This document shows, one piece after another, positions 26,854 to 33,852 of a stretch of 33,852 nucleotides of DNA. The stretch covers positions 1 to 33,852 of the IMG/VR virus record IMGVR_UViG_3300027865_000025. One strand, 5' to 3'. The first letter of the stretch is position 1. Each line of letters opens with the position of its first letter. A program made the position numbers and the translations under genes. The notes below the pieces were generated by a model, which did no database searches, was not told the origin of the DNA, and saw only the letters and a list, made by a program, of their open reading frames with translations. Source of the DNA: a virus (Duplodnaviria > Caudoviricetes).

Positions 26854-28341
26854 TTAACTGGCCGATGACGCCCCGAAGTAATAGGCGAACTGCAAAGAAA
26901 TGGCTTTTTGGTTCGTATTGCCGCCCACGTAAACGGGGACAATAATGTCAAGCCGCTTCGAATTTGTTTCACTAATCTGGGCCGTAATTAACGGCTTTGT
27001 TGTCGCCGGGTCACTCAAAATAGCTTTAAGCGCCAATGCGTCGACCATAGCGGCCGCGGCGGCTATTGCCGTCTTTGGCTTCTTGGCCGTGGGCTCCGTT
27101 GTGGGCTGGTTATCTGGTACCAATGGAGCTCCATTCCAACCGGCCGAACTGAAAATTAAGTCCAGATTATAGACCGCCTGTTGAAGCTTTACGACGTCAC
27201 ACACATAGCGCCAACGTGGGTTAGGCTCACCGGTTGGGTGGTAGAAGGTCACCACATCGGCGATTTTTACGACCCCGTCGATGGAATCGGAAGTAGACGA
27301 CCCGCCCAAAATTGCCGCGTCTTGTTGCGCCACGGACCATTGCTGGGCATCCGTCCCCGGTGTCAAGCCGTCCGCCGCTCGTCCGCCGTAATCGTGCGCG
27401 GGTGTCACGTTGGCCAATTTGGCGATGCGTGCAAGTTGCCTTGCGGCCGTCACAAACGGTAGGTCATTGGAGCCCGGTGCTACCAACTGGACGTTGGTTC
27501 GGTCCGTTTTGCGGGCATCCGATACCGTAATTGATGTGGCCACGGTCGCCTCATTATTGCCGGTGAATACCACGCAGGGTTTCTTGACGTCGGCGCCCCA
27601 ACGCCCCTCGCCGAAAGTCGAATAGGCGGTGAGCGCCGTTGTGTCGGCGATTTCAAGGCAGTTGAGAAACATAGACTCCCAAACATTGCCCACTTGTAAA
27701 AGGTGGGAGTCAACCGTTGGGTTAGTCGCACCATTTACAGGTTGGGTAAATGCGAAAGTGACGCCTAATGTGGCCGGTCCGTCGACCTCTAACACTAGGT
27801 CATTGCCAGAAGCGCCTTTCCATTTTGCCGTAATATCGACCGTTGTCGTACTGTCAACGGCAATAACGGGCATATGGGACACGGCATTGATTGCGGCGGT
27901 AAAAGCAGTGCATACGGTTGCCACGCTATCAGTGGCATCAATCGTCACTTCGGCGGTTGCGATATTGTTCACAACCACTTTGTAAGTGGCCGATGCGGTT
28001 GCCGCTACCGTGGGCGTGATGTCGCCCGCGGCTTCCGTTGTGCCGTCGGCCAATGGGTAGACAGTCAACGGGATAGGCGCAATACCGTCCCCATTGTCGG
28101 GTAGTAACTCACGTGACGCAAGGTGCGCAGGTGAGCCGAAACCTATCGCGTCGCCCACTTCGGTACTTGTGAAGGCTTGAAATTTAGTGGCCGCATAGGT
28201 GGCCGCCGTTGTGCCTTGGCCAAAAAGTGCAACCCTTTGTGGCAAGTATAAAACCGTTGCATCCCCGATTTGTTTGTATTCTGTTAAAACGGCCGTTGCC
28301 CGTGCTACCTGTGACGGGTCGATCGCGGTGCTAGCTACCAT
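26854..28341 (-). CDS. Tail sheath protein (Mu gpL-like)
   Basis: QRVALFGQ, GFGSPAHL, ITAKWKGASGN, VVTFYHP, KRLDI. Confidence 0.9.
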   Translation of the reverse strand: MVASTAIDPSQVARATAVLTEYKQIGDATVLYLPQRVALFGQGTTAATYAATKFQAFTSTEVGDAIGFGSPAHLASRELLPDNGDGIAPIPLTVYPLADGTTEAAGDITPTVAATASATYKVVVNNIATAEVTIDATDSVATVCTAFTAAINAVSHMPVIAVDSTTTVDITAKWKGASGNDLVLEVDGPATLGVTFAFTQPVNGATNPTVDSHLLQVGNVWESMFLNCLEIADTTALTAYSTFGEGRWGADVKKPCVVFTGNNEATVATSITVSDARKTDRTNVQLVAPGSNDLPFVTAARQLARIAKLANVTPAHDYGGRAADGLTPGTDAQQWSVAQQDAAILGGSSTSDSIDGVVKIADVVTFYHPTGEPNPRWRYVCDVVKLQQAVYNLDLIFSSAGWNGAPLVPDNQPTTEPTAKKPKTAIAAAAAMVDALALKAILSDPATTKPLITAQISETNSKRLDIIVPVYVGGNTNQKAISLQFAYYFGASSAS

Positions 28342-28358
28342 TTGATTCTCTCCCTTTC

Positions 28359-29024
28359 CTATTCGTCAAATTGCGCTTCAAAATAAAGCGCCCCGTCCGA
28401 AGCACGGTTAACCGTTGCGGAAATCAATTCGATTGTCTCCGCTTCATACTGCGGTGAAAATTCGTTAAATTGTACGGATAGACCCAAGCGACAAGCCATG
28501 ACAGCTTGTGAAGCCCGGTCAGTTTCTTGCGGTTGAAACATTGTGTGGACTTGTGGCCATCGACGCCACACCACCCCTCTCATATTGAGATAAGTATAGT
28601 GGGCCGACATGATAATGTTACGCACTAGTCTAATACATCGTTGCGCTTCTTTAGCGGCCGATTCGTCCCCGGCCACATGGCCCGCCCCGCTTGCCTGTGA
28701 AGTGCCTCGGCCGTAACAATCAATATTGAACAGACCGTCCACTTTTTGGCGCTGAATGGTATCCGATGCGCCGCCATCGCTATTGTATGAATCGTACCAT
28801 ACGTTGACAATGGGGGTCGTTACTTCACCATTTAAATAGAGCTCCCACGGGTTAGCCCGCTCCGTATAGACTTTGAGTTCCCATAGCGTAGGATCTTCGC
28901 CCGCCGTAACGGCTAACACTTGTTGACTTGCAGTTTCTAACGCTATAATTGAAGCAATTTCATCCCGAATTAATTCGAAATTATCTTGTTTATCGATTAA
29001 CGATTGTATGGGTCCAAGCGTCAT
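28359..29024 (-). CDS. Neck / tail terminator protein
   Basis: Immediately upstream of the sheath; DNFELIRDEIA..P.VNV..FNIDCY. Confidence 0.6.
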   Translation of the reverse strand: MTLGPIQSLIDKQDNFELIRDEIASIIALETASQQVLAVTAGEDPTLWELKVYTERANPWELYLNGEVTTPIVNVWYDSYNSDGGASDTIQRQKVDGLFNIDCYGRGTSQASGAGHVAGDESAAKEAQRCIRLVRNIIMSAHYTYLNMRGVVWRRWPQVHTMFQPQETDRASQAVMACRLGLSVQFNEFSPQYEAETIELISATVNRASDGALYFEAQFDE

Positions 29025-29410
29025 ACGTATTGCTCCAAATACAACACAAGTAAGTTAATACCCCTATCGGGCATTGACTTTGCAACTTTGAATCGGTGCG
29101 TGTCGCCGCTTAAATCAATGACTTGGACAACCCACGGGCGCGCGGACGTGTCCGCGATGGCGCGCGGGATCTCGCTCAAATCGGCCGCATAGACGTCCGT
29201 TAAGCTAATCGCAACGGATGCCAAACGCCCCGAAATGAATTCGTCGGTGTCAGGGTCAATCAATAGAGCAATGTCGTTTGAAAAGCCCACAAACGGAATC
29301 TCAACCGTAGGGGCGGCGGGGTCGAATAGGATTATATCCCACCCAAGCCCATTCTCTTTATCGTTGAGAATCGCTTTGGCGTCCGCCGCCGCTTGGGTGC
29401 GAATACCCAT
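29021..29410 (-). CDS. Head-tail joining protein
   Basis: GFSNDI..IDPDT..SGR.ASV..PW.V..PDR; position in the neck cluster. Confidence 0.6.
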   Translation of the reverse strand: MGIRTQAAADAKAILNDKENGLGWDIILFDPAAPTVEIPFVGFSNDIALLIDPDTDEFISGRLASVAISLTDVYAADLSEIPRAIADTSARPWVVQVIDLSGDTHRFKVAKSMPDRGINLLVLYLEQYV

Positions 29411-29698
29411 CTATTTCCTTTTTGCGCCCGCGGTCTCCAAACCAGCTTTTTTGCCTTTAATGGTCGGTTGCGGGGGCCCCGCGGCGGGTTCGTCCCCGGC
29501 CGGGTCTTCAACTTGCATTTGATGCAAAGCAGCTTTATAGTCTTGTCTGGACACGGCCAAGCCGATACTGATCAAATTCTCAAAAGTGGGCTTGCCACCC
29601 GAAAAAAAATCCTCTTCTACTGGCTCACCTTGCGCAATAACGCCTTTTAAAGACGTCACTGACTTACCGTAAGCAACTACATATTTAGGTTTATCCAT
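29411..29698 (-). CDS. Small head-associated hypothetical protein
   Basis: GGGAGG SD; directly downstream of the major capsid gene. Confidence 0.6.
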   Translation of the reverse strand: MDKPKYVVAYGKSVTSLKGVIAQGEPVEEDFFSGGKPTFENLISIGLAVSRQDYKAALHQMQVEDPAGDEPAAGPPQPTIKGKKAGLETAGAKRK

Positions 29699-29718
29699 CC
29701 CTATTTTCCTCCCTTATG

Positions 29719-29765
29719 GACATGGTCACGGAGGGCGCCCAGAGAAACGCCCCCCGTGTCCTGTC
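29719..29765 (-). other. Long imperfect stem-loop after the major capsid gene (no U-tract)
   Basis: Arms 29719-29737 and 29748-29765; a G-U pair forms only on the mRNA strand. Confidence 0.6.
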
Positions 29766-29767
29766 GG

Positions 29768-30850
29768 TTAGATTCCAGTATCAAGGCAACCGAACGTGTC
29801 GATTGCTGTTGGGATGAGCAGTGGCCGTGAGGCCAAGCCGCCCAAGAGAGTCTCACCGTCGGCGGTTACCCAAGCATTGGGGTGCAAGTCCATCCCACGG
29901 CCCACATTGCGCATGCGGCCAGGCATATACTTAAGCACTCTACGATCCGGGGGCACAAAGCGCGGAATATTGCCGAAAGTGGCGTCCATACGCGCGGCCG
30001 ATACGAGCGAGATCACTTTGTCATCTGCGACAAATTTGACTTTGAGCCCGGTTTGTGGGTCTTTGAAGCGCCCGTTGTAAGTCCACACTTCAGAAGAGTA
30101 GTTGCCAATGTCGACAACACCGCGAAAGATTCCGCCGTTGCCAACCCGCCGCATGCGGCGAATGTTTCCAAGATCCGCCCGACGTGTCTCAAAACGCGCC
30201 CTGAAATCACTATCTTCCATGGCGGCTTCGAAGGATAACTCACCGAAAATTTTCATATCGGGGTCATCTAAGCCATCGTTTCGGATCACATTGTCGAGGC
30301 TTTGTAGGTCGGCCGCGATCGTTGCGTTGGCGTTGTCCCATGCCACGCCCGCGTTTGGGAAGTGTGTGGCTTTGGGTAGGTAGTCGAGCGTGTACAGGGC
30401 GGTGCCGGTATCGTCGTACAATGTGACGGTGCATGTCTGGAGAATTTGGGAAGCTTGCCACTCGATTGAGCGACGAATTTTACCCTCCAAACGACGAAAG
30501 TTTTTGAAAGATTTTTTGATTGACTTGGCTTGAAATTCAACGTCTTCAAACGGGTCGTCGCCCGGGCTCCGTTTAAGATCGTCCGTGTTCTGTAACGCAA
30601 AAGCTTCCTTGAACACGGGGGGCTTGAATTTCTTGTTTGTGTAGTCGTCGGTTGAGTTGAACCTATAACCGGTTTTAAGGTCGGTTATAACGATCGCAAC
30701 GTCTTCGTCATCACGCTCGATGTCAAGCTCAACTTCCTCAGAATTGTGGAAGTTCTCCGGGGGGCTTTGGAAGCGTCCAGAGAGAAAAAGTGTCGGGGGC
30801 GCGCTTTGATTGTACGCCCTGATCATTTTGATTGTTCCGGTGCCACTCAT
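29768..30850 (-). CDS. Major capsid protein (lambda gpE-like, HK97 fold)
   Basis: FLSGRF..SEEVELDIER..KPPVFKE..IRRSIEWQASQIL..SRPLLIP; follows protease and decoration genes. Confidence 0.9.
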   Translation of the reverse strand: MSGTGTIKMIRAYNQSAPPTLFLSGRFQSPPENFHNSEEVELDIERDDEDVAIVITDLKTGYRFNSTDDYTNKKFKPPVFKEAFALQNTDDLKRSPGDDPFEDVEFQAKSIKKSFKNFRRLEGKIRRSIEWQASQILQTCTVTLYDDTGTALYTLDYLPKATHFPNAGVAWDNANATIAADLQSLDNVIRNDGLDDPDMKIFGELSFEAAMEDSDFRARFETRRADLGNIRRMRRVGNGGIFRGVVDIGNYSSEVWTYNGRFKDPQTGLKVKFVADDKVISLVSAARMDATFGNIPRFVPPDRRVLKYMPGRMRNVGRGMDLHPNAWVTADGETLLGGLASRPLLIPTAIDTFGCLDTGI

Positions 30851-30870
30851 AATATAGCCGCTCCCTTCCT

Positions 30871-32142
30871 TTATTGGTTATCCAAGATATTGAGCTCTTG
30901 GACGCTTTGGCTGATTATCGAGAAACTGCGCAATAAGTCCGTGTGGTATTTGGTTACGGTAGTTCCATCCGCAATGGATAGCCACTCCAACCGCACTTGA
31001 CCGCCTACCAACGCGCGAATTTGATTGTCGCCATTGGCGCCCGCAAGCGCACTAGGCATAACCGCCAAGGGTGTCCCGTTGCCATTTGCTGTAATGGTCT
31101 CGACGGACAATCCCAATTTTGCGAGGGCCGTTCCCGAAATAAAATCGAGTTCGGTTGTGCCCTTGATAACGGCCGCGTCTCCGGAGACTGTGACCGTTGC
31201 GGTTGTATCCGCTTCGATACGTGTTTTGACCTCGGTTGCGGTGACAGCATCTATATCTACCACGTCACCCGTTCCGGCAGTACTGGCCGACCCCCAAAGA
31301 AGCCCGCCCGTGCCCGCCGCGGCGGCGATATCCATCCCGGTCCCTTTACCATCGTGGGTAATGAGCAATTGACCCGCCGACACTATAACCGAGCACCCGT
31401 CCAGTTGGGCATTCATTTGTAACGCGATGGCGGCATTACTGGCCGTCACACCCGAAAAAGTCACAGTTTGAGCTACTGCGGTGAAAGGGCCGCCTGTGAG
31501 AGTAACGATACTTGTGAGACCATTTTGGTCCGCCACACCACCCGCTCCGGGAGTGGTCGCCCCCCACGTGAGTGCTCCGGTTCCTGCCGCTGCTGTTATG
31601 GTTGCGCCCGTGCCAGTTGCATCGGTTGTGAGAACGACTTGACCGCCCGTTACTACCACACTGACTCCCGTCAATTGGTCCGCCATCTGTGCGGCAACTA
31701 ACGCGGCGGTTGTGGTGGCGCCCGAAAAAGTTACAGTTTGAGCAGTGCCGTTAACGGTAATGACCGAGGTCAATCCGTCTTGGTCGGCCACGGCATAAGT
31801 TGTCGTGTCCGTGATGGTTGCCGCCGTACCGCCTGTATAGGTGGTAGTATCGGCGATTGTCGCGGCGGCCGCGTCAAATGTAGTGGTTGCGTTGCCCACG
31901 TCGTCGACGTCCATAATGAAGGCGTCGGCGGGGTCAAGGTTAAAGGTTCCATCCCCAGTGGACTTGAGTGCGGCGCCCCCTGGTACGTAATTGACCAGTT
32001 TGAGAGACACACTGTCACGCGCGAGCATTTGACCTTCGGCTACTGTTTGGGCTCCCGAAAGGTTCAATGTTTCGTCTTGAAAAACACCGCCCTGGTGTTC
32101 CACGGACCCAATGTCGTTATTGGTGATTGTGATATTGCTCAC
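30871..32142 (-). CDS. Head decoration protein (gpD-like) with ~295-aa nested insertion
   Basis: gpD-like halves GQMLARD..KLVNY..GG and NGTPLAVM..RALVGGQVR flank Thr/Ala/Gly-rich repeated domains. Confidence 0.72.
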   Translation of the reverse strand: MSNITITNNDIGSVEHQGGVFQDETLNLSGAQTVAEGQMLARDSVSLKLVNYVPGGAALKSTGDGTFNLDPADAFIMDVDDVGNATTTFDAAAATIADTTTYTGGTAATITDTTTYAVADQDGLTSVITVNGTAQTVTFSGATTTAALVAAQMADQLTGVSVVVTGGQVVLTTDATGTGATITAAAGTGALTWGATTPGAGGVADQNGLTSIVTLTGGPFTAVAQTVTFSGVTASNAAIALQMNAQLDGCSVIVSAGQLLITHDGKGTGMDIAAAAGTGGLLWGSASTAGTGDVVDIDAVTATEVKTRIEADTTATVTVSGDAAVIKGTTELDFISGTALAKLGLSVETITANGNGTPLAVMPSALAGANGDNQIRALVGGQVRLEWLSIADGTTVTKYHTDLLRSFSIISQSVQELNILDNQ

Positions 32143-32522
32143 GCTTCACCTCCCTCATAATCTGAAAAGTCTTGCCAATCCTCGGACATACCCGCACACA
32201 CAAGGTCGGCCACGGCGTCGCCCGCGTCGGCTTTATTGCCGCCCGGGGCCCCGTCACCCTTTTGGCCGTCGATGTTTTCAGGGTTGTCGGCGGTGCGGGC
32301 CATTGTTTGGGCTTTGATCATGCTAGCGGCTTGATACTTAGCCGTTATAAGCATGTCCATACCATCGCCCGCTTTGATCGCTTCAACCGCGGTGTCAAGG
32401 TCACCCGAAGCCGCCCCTAATAGAAGGTGTGCTTCGACTCTTTGGCGCTCGGTCTGCTTCCCTTCCTCAACCGCCGCTTCAAAGACTTCGCGGTGTTCCG
32501 CTTTGAGTGTCTCCAAATTCAT
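32139..32522 (-). CDS. Nested scaffolding protein (lambda Nu3-like internal start)
   Basis: In-frame ATG 32522 preceded by AAAGGGA; MNLETLKAEH..ERQRV helical region. Confidence 0.55.
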   Translation of the reverse strand: MNLETLKAEHREVFEAAVEEGKQTERQRVEAHLLLGAASGDLDTAVEAIKAGDGMDMLITAKYQAASMIKAQTMARTADNPENIDGQKGDGAPGGNKADAGDAVADLVCAGMSEDWQDFSDYEGGEA

Positions 32523-33335
32523 TTTAGTCCCTTTCTCAGTTGTACCGCTTGCGGCGGCTTCTTTATTCTGCAATTGGCCCATTAGGGCTTGAAACGTTGT
32601 AATTCCGTCTATCATGCCACGTTTAAGCGCATCGGCCGCGCCAAACACGGCGCCTTCACCATAATTGGCCGATACCGATTCGGGTGGTATGCTCCGGTTA
32701 CTCGCAACCGCATCGACAAACACGGCGCCCAAATCGTCAACTATCCGTTGAAGGGCGGCTAACCCTTCCTTCGTATCGACGCCTTGATTTTTCTTTGGTG
32801 ATTGGCTTGACACTACCGTCACTTTGCCGGGCTCATCCCAAGCGGTTGCGGTGGCAATCACTCCAATGGACCCGACCAAACCGGTCCTACTCGAAATGAT
32901 CCGATCGGCCGCGCTCCCAAACCAATAACCCGCACTTGCGAGCATACCGCTAACATAGGCCGTTGTGGACTTGGTCGAAGCGGCGATTTGTTCCGAAAAA
33001 TCCGATATACCCGTGATGGCGCCCCCGGGGGTGTCGGTAAATAACACGATCTCGTTGACTTCGGCGTCCGCTTCCAACACGCGGAAGCCCGCCGACAAAT
33101 CTTCAACGTTGGCCAGTCCAAAAAAGTTGGCTAACCAACTCGACCGCGGTACAATTGGCCCGGACACGTCCAAGACGCCCACGTTACCCGCCTTATACGT
33201 CTTAAAGGTGCCCTCGACACGTTGCCCAAAATCGGACGTCACGGCGTCCAATTTAAGCATTCCTTCAAGGGCACTCGGAAGCATTGCCCATTGATTGGCT
33301 TGTACGTCCGCTAAAATCCGTGGATCAGTGCTCAT
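32139..33335 (-). CDS. S49 family prohead protease with C-terminal scaffold
   Basis: DTPGG, ASAGYW, VGSIGV, SPKK, FVDAVASNR, GMIDGI. Confidence 0.9.
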   Translation of the reverse strand: MSTDPRILADVQANQWAMLPSALEGMLKLDAVTSDFGQRVEGTFKTYKAGNVGVLDVSGPIVPRSSWLANFFGLANVEDLSAGFRVLEADAEVNEIVLFTDTPGGAITGISDFSEQIAASTKSTTAYVSGMLASAGYWFGSAADRIISSRTGLVGSIGVIATATAWDEPGKVTVVSSQSPKKNQGVDTKEGLAALQRIVDDLGAVFVDAVASNRSIPPESVSANYGEGAVFGAADALKRGMIDGITTFQALMGQLQNKEAAASGTTEKGTKMNLETLKAEHREVFEAAVEEGKQTERQRVEAHLLLGAASGDLDTAVEAIKAGDGMDMLITAKYQAASMIKAQTMARTADNPENIDGQKGDGAPGGNKADAGDAVADLVCAGMSEDWQDFSDYEGGEA

Positions 33336-33852
33336 TGGTCACCCCTAACATGTGTTCAATTGCGTAATTACAATTGACATCGCCAAGCGCTATCATGTCG
33401 CCCGCGTCGAGATCGACAACAAAAAATTTAGATTCCGCATGGGTCGCATCGGTAAACGGATTGGTTCCACTACCACCCGACACACTAATTATTGCGCCAT
33501 TTAAAAATCCGGTAAAAACGCCACCGTCCCCGACTGTAACTCCAATTTTATGCCACGTATCGACAGCAGCGTAACCCGTAGCCGTGGCAAATTTAGAAGA
33601 CCCCGAGCCATTAGTGAAACGACGCATTTGAATAGAACCGTCGGTCAAAAGTCGAATAGTATACCCATCAAACCCGCTTGCGCCCGGTCCCGTCGCTTGA
33701 TTGCCTATAATTTCAAAGTATGGCGCCGTGCCACTAGCCCAATACGCCCAAAATCTGAATGTACCTCTTGCGGCGCCCTTGTCACCTACCCTAAATAAGC
33801 TCGACGGTATCGCTACGACACCCCCGGTCACGCACTTCAAAACCTTGACAGG
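33325..33852 (-). CDS. Partial beta-sandwich (LamG/ConA-like) protein, 5' end outside the window
   Basis: GTFRFW, GYTIRL, DTWHKIGVT..F..FLNG pattern; frame is open to the right edge. Confidence 0.5.
   Translation of the reverse strand, partial: PVKVLKCVTGGVVAIPSSLFRVGDKGAARGTFRFWAYWASGTAPYFEIIGNQATGPGASGFDGYTIRLLTDGSIQMRRFTNGSGSSKFATATGYAAVDTWHKIGVTVGDGGVFTGFLNGAIISVSGGSGTNPFTDATHAESKFFVVDLDAGDMIALGDVNCNYAIEHMLGVTNEH

Noticed and set aside
1-33852. tRNA genes, introns, inteins, integrase/att sites or genetic-code reassignment
   Set aside because: None recognised: genes tile almost without gaps, replication enzymes are of normal length, and all three stop codons end genes normally.

Overview
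About 34 kb of a tailed dsDNA phage genome with a contractile, Mu-like tail. Both ends cut through genes; no terminase, portal or integrase is in the window. A 66-bp intergenic gap (8948-9013) carries overlapping divergent sigma70-type promoters. The leftward early operon holds an SF2 helicase, VRR-NUC nuclease, DUF5664-like protein, TetR-like regulator, DUF1353 protein, a tandem array of small paralogous genes, a holin plus amidase endolysin, and an NrS-1-like primase-polymerase-helicase. The rightward operon holds a Dam-like methyltransferase fused in frame to a Pro-rich protein, a DUF2800 exonuclease, an SSB, a family A DNA polymerase and a secreted lytic transglycosylase. It converges at ~16150 with a minus-strand morphogenesis operon running from the S49 protease/scaffold, decoration protein and major capsid through neck, sheath, tube, frameshifted chaperone, tape measure and Mu-like baseplate to the tail fibre. 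The most unusual items are: (1) a mosaic, translationally coupled variable/constant gene array at 3894-5266; (2) a nested (Russian-doll) domain insertion in the head decoration protein; (3) a probable pseudoknotted SD-sequestering RNA between the tail tube and chaperone genes; (4) a methyltransferase fusion one A away from a TAATG stop-start junction; (5) apparent CAG/CTG depletion. All family calls are from motif recognition by eye; no searches were run.
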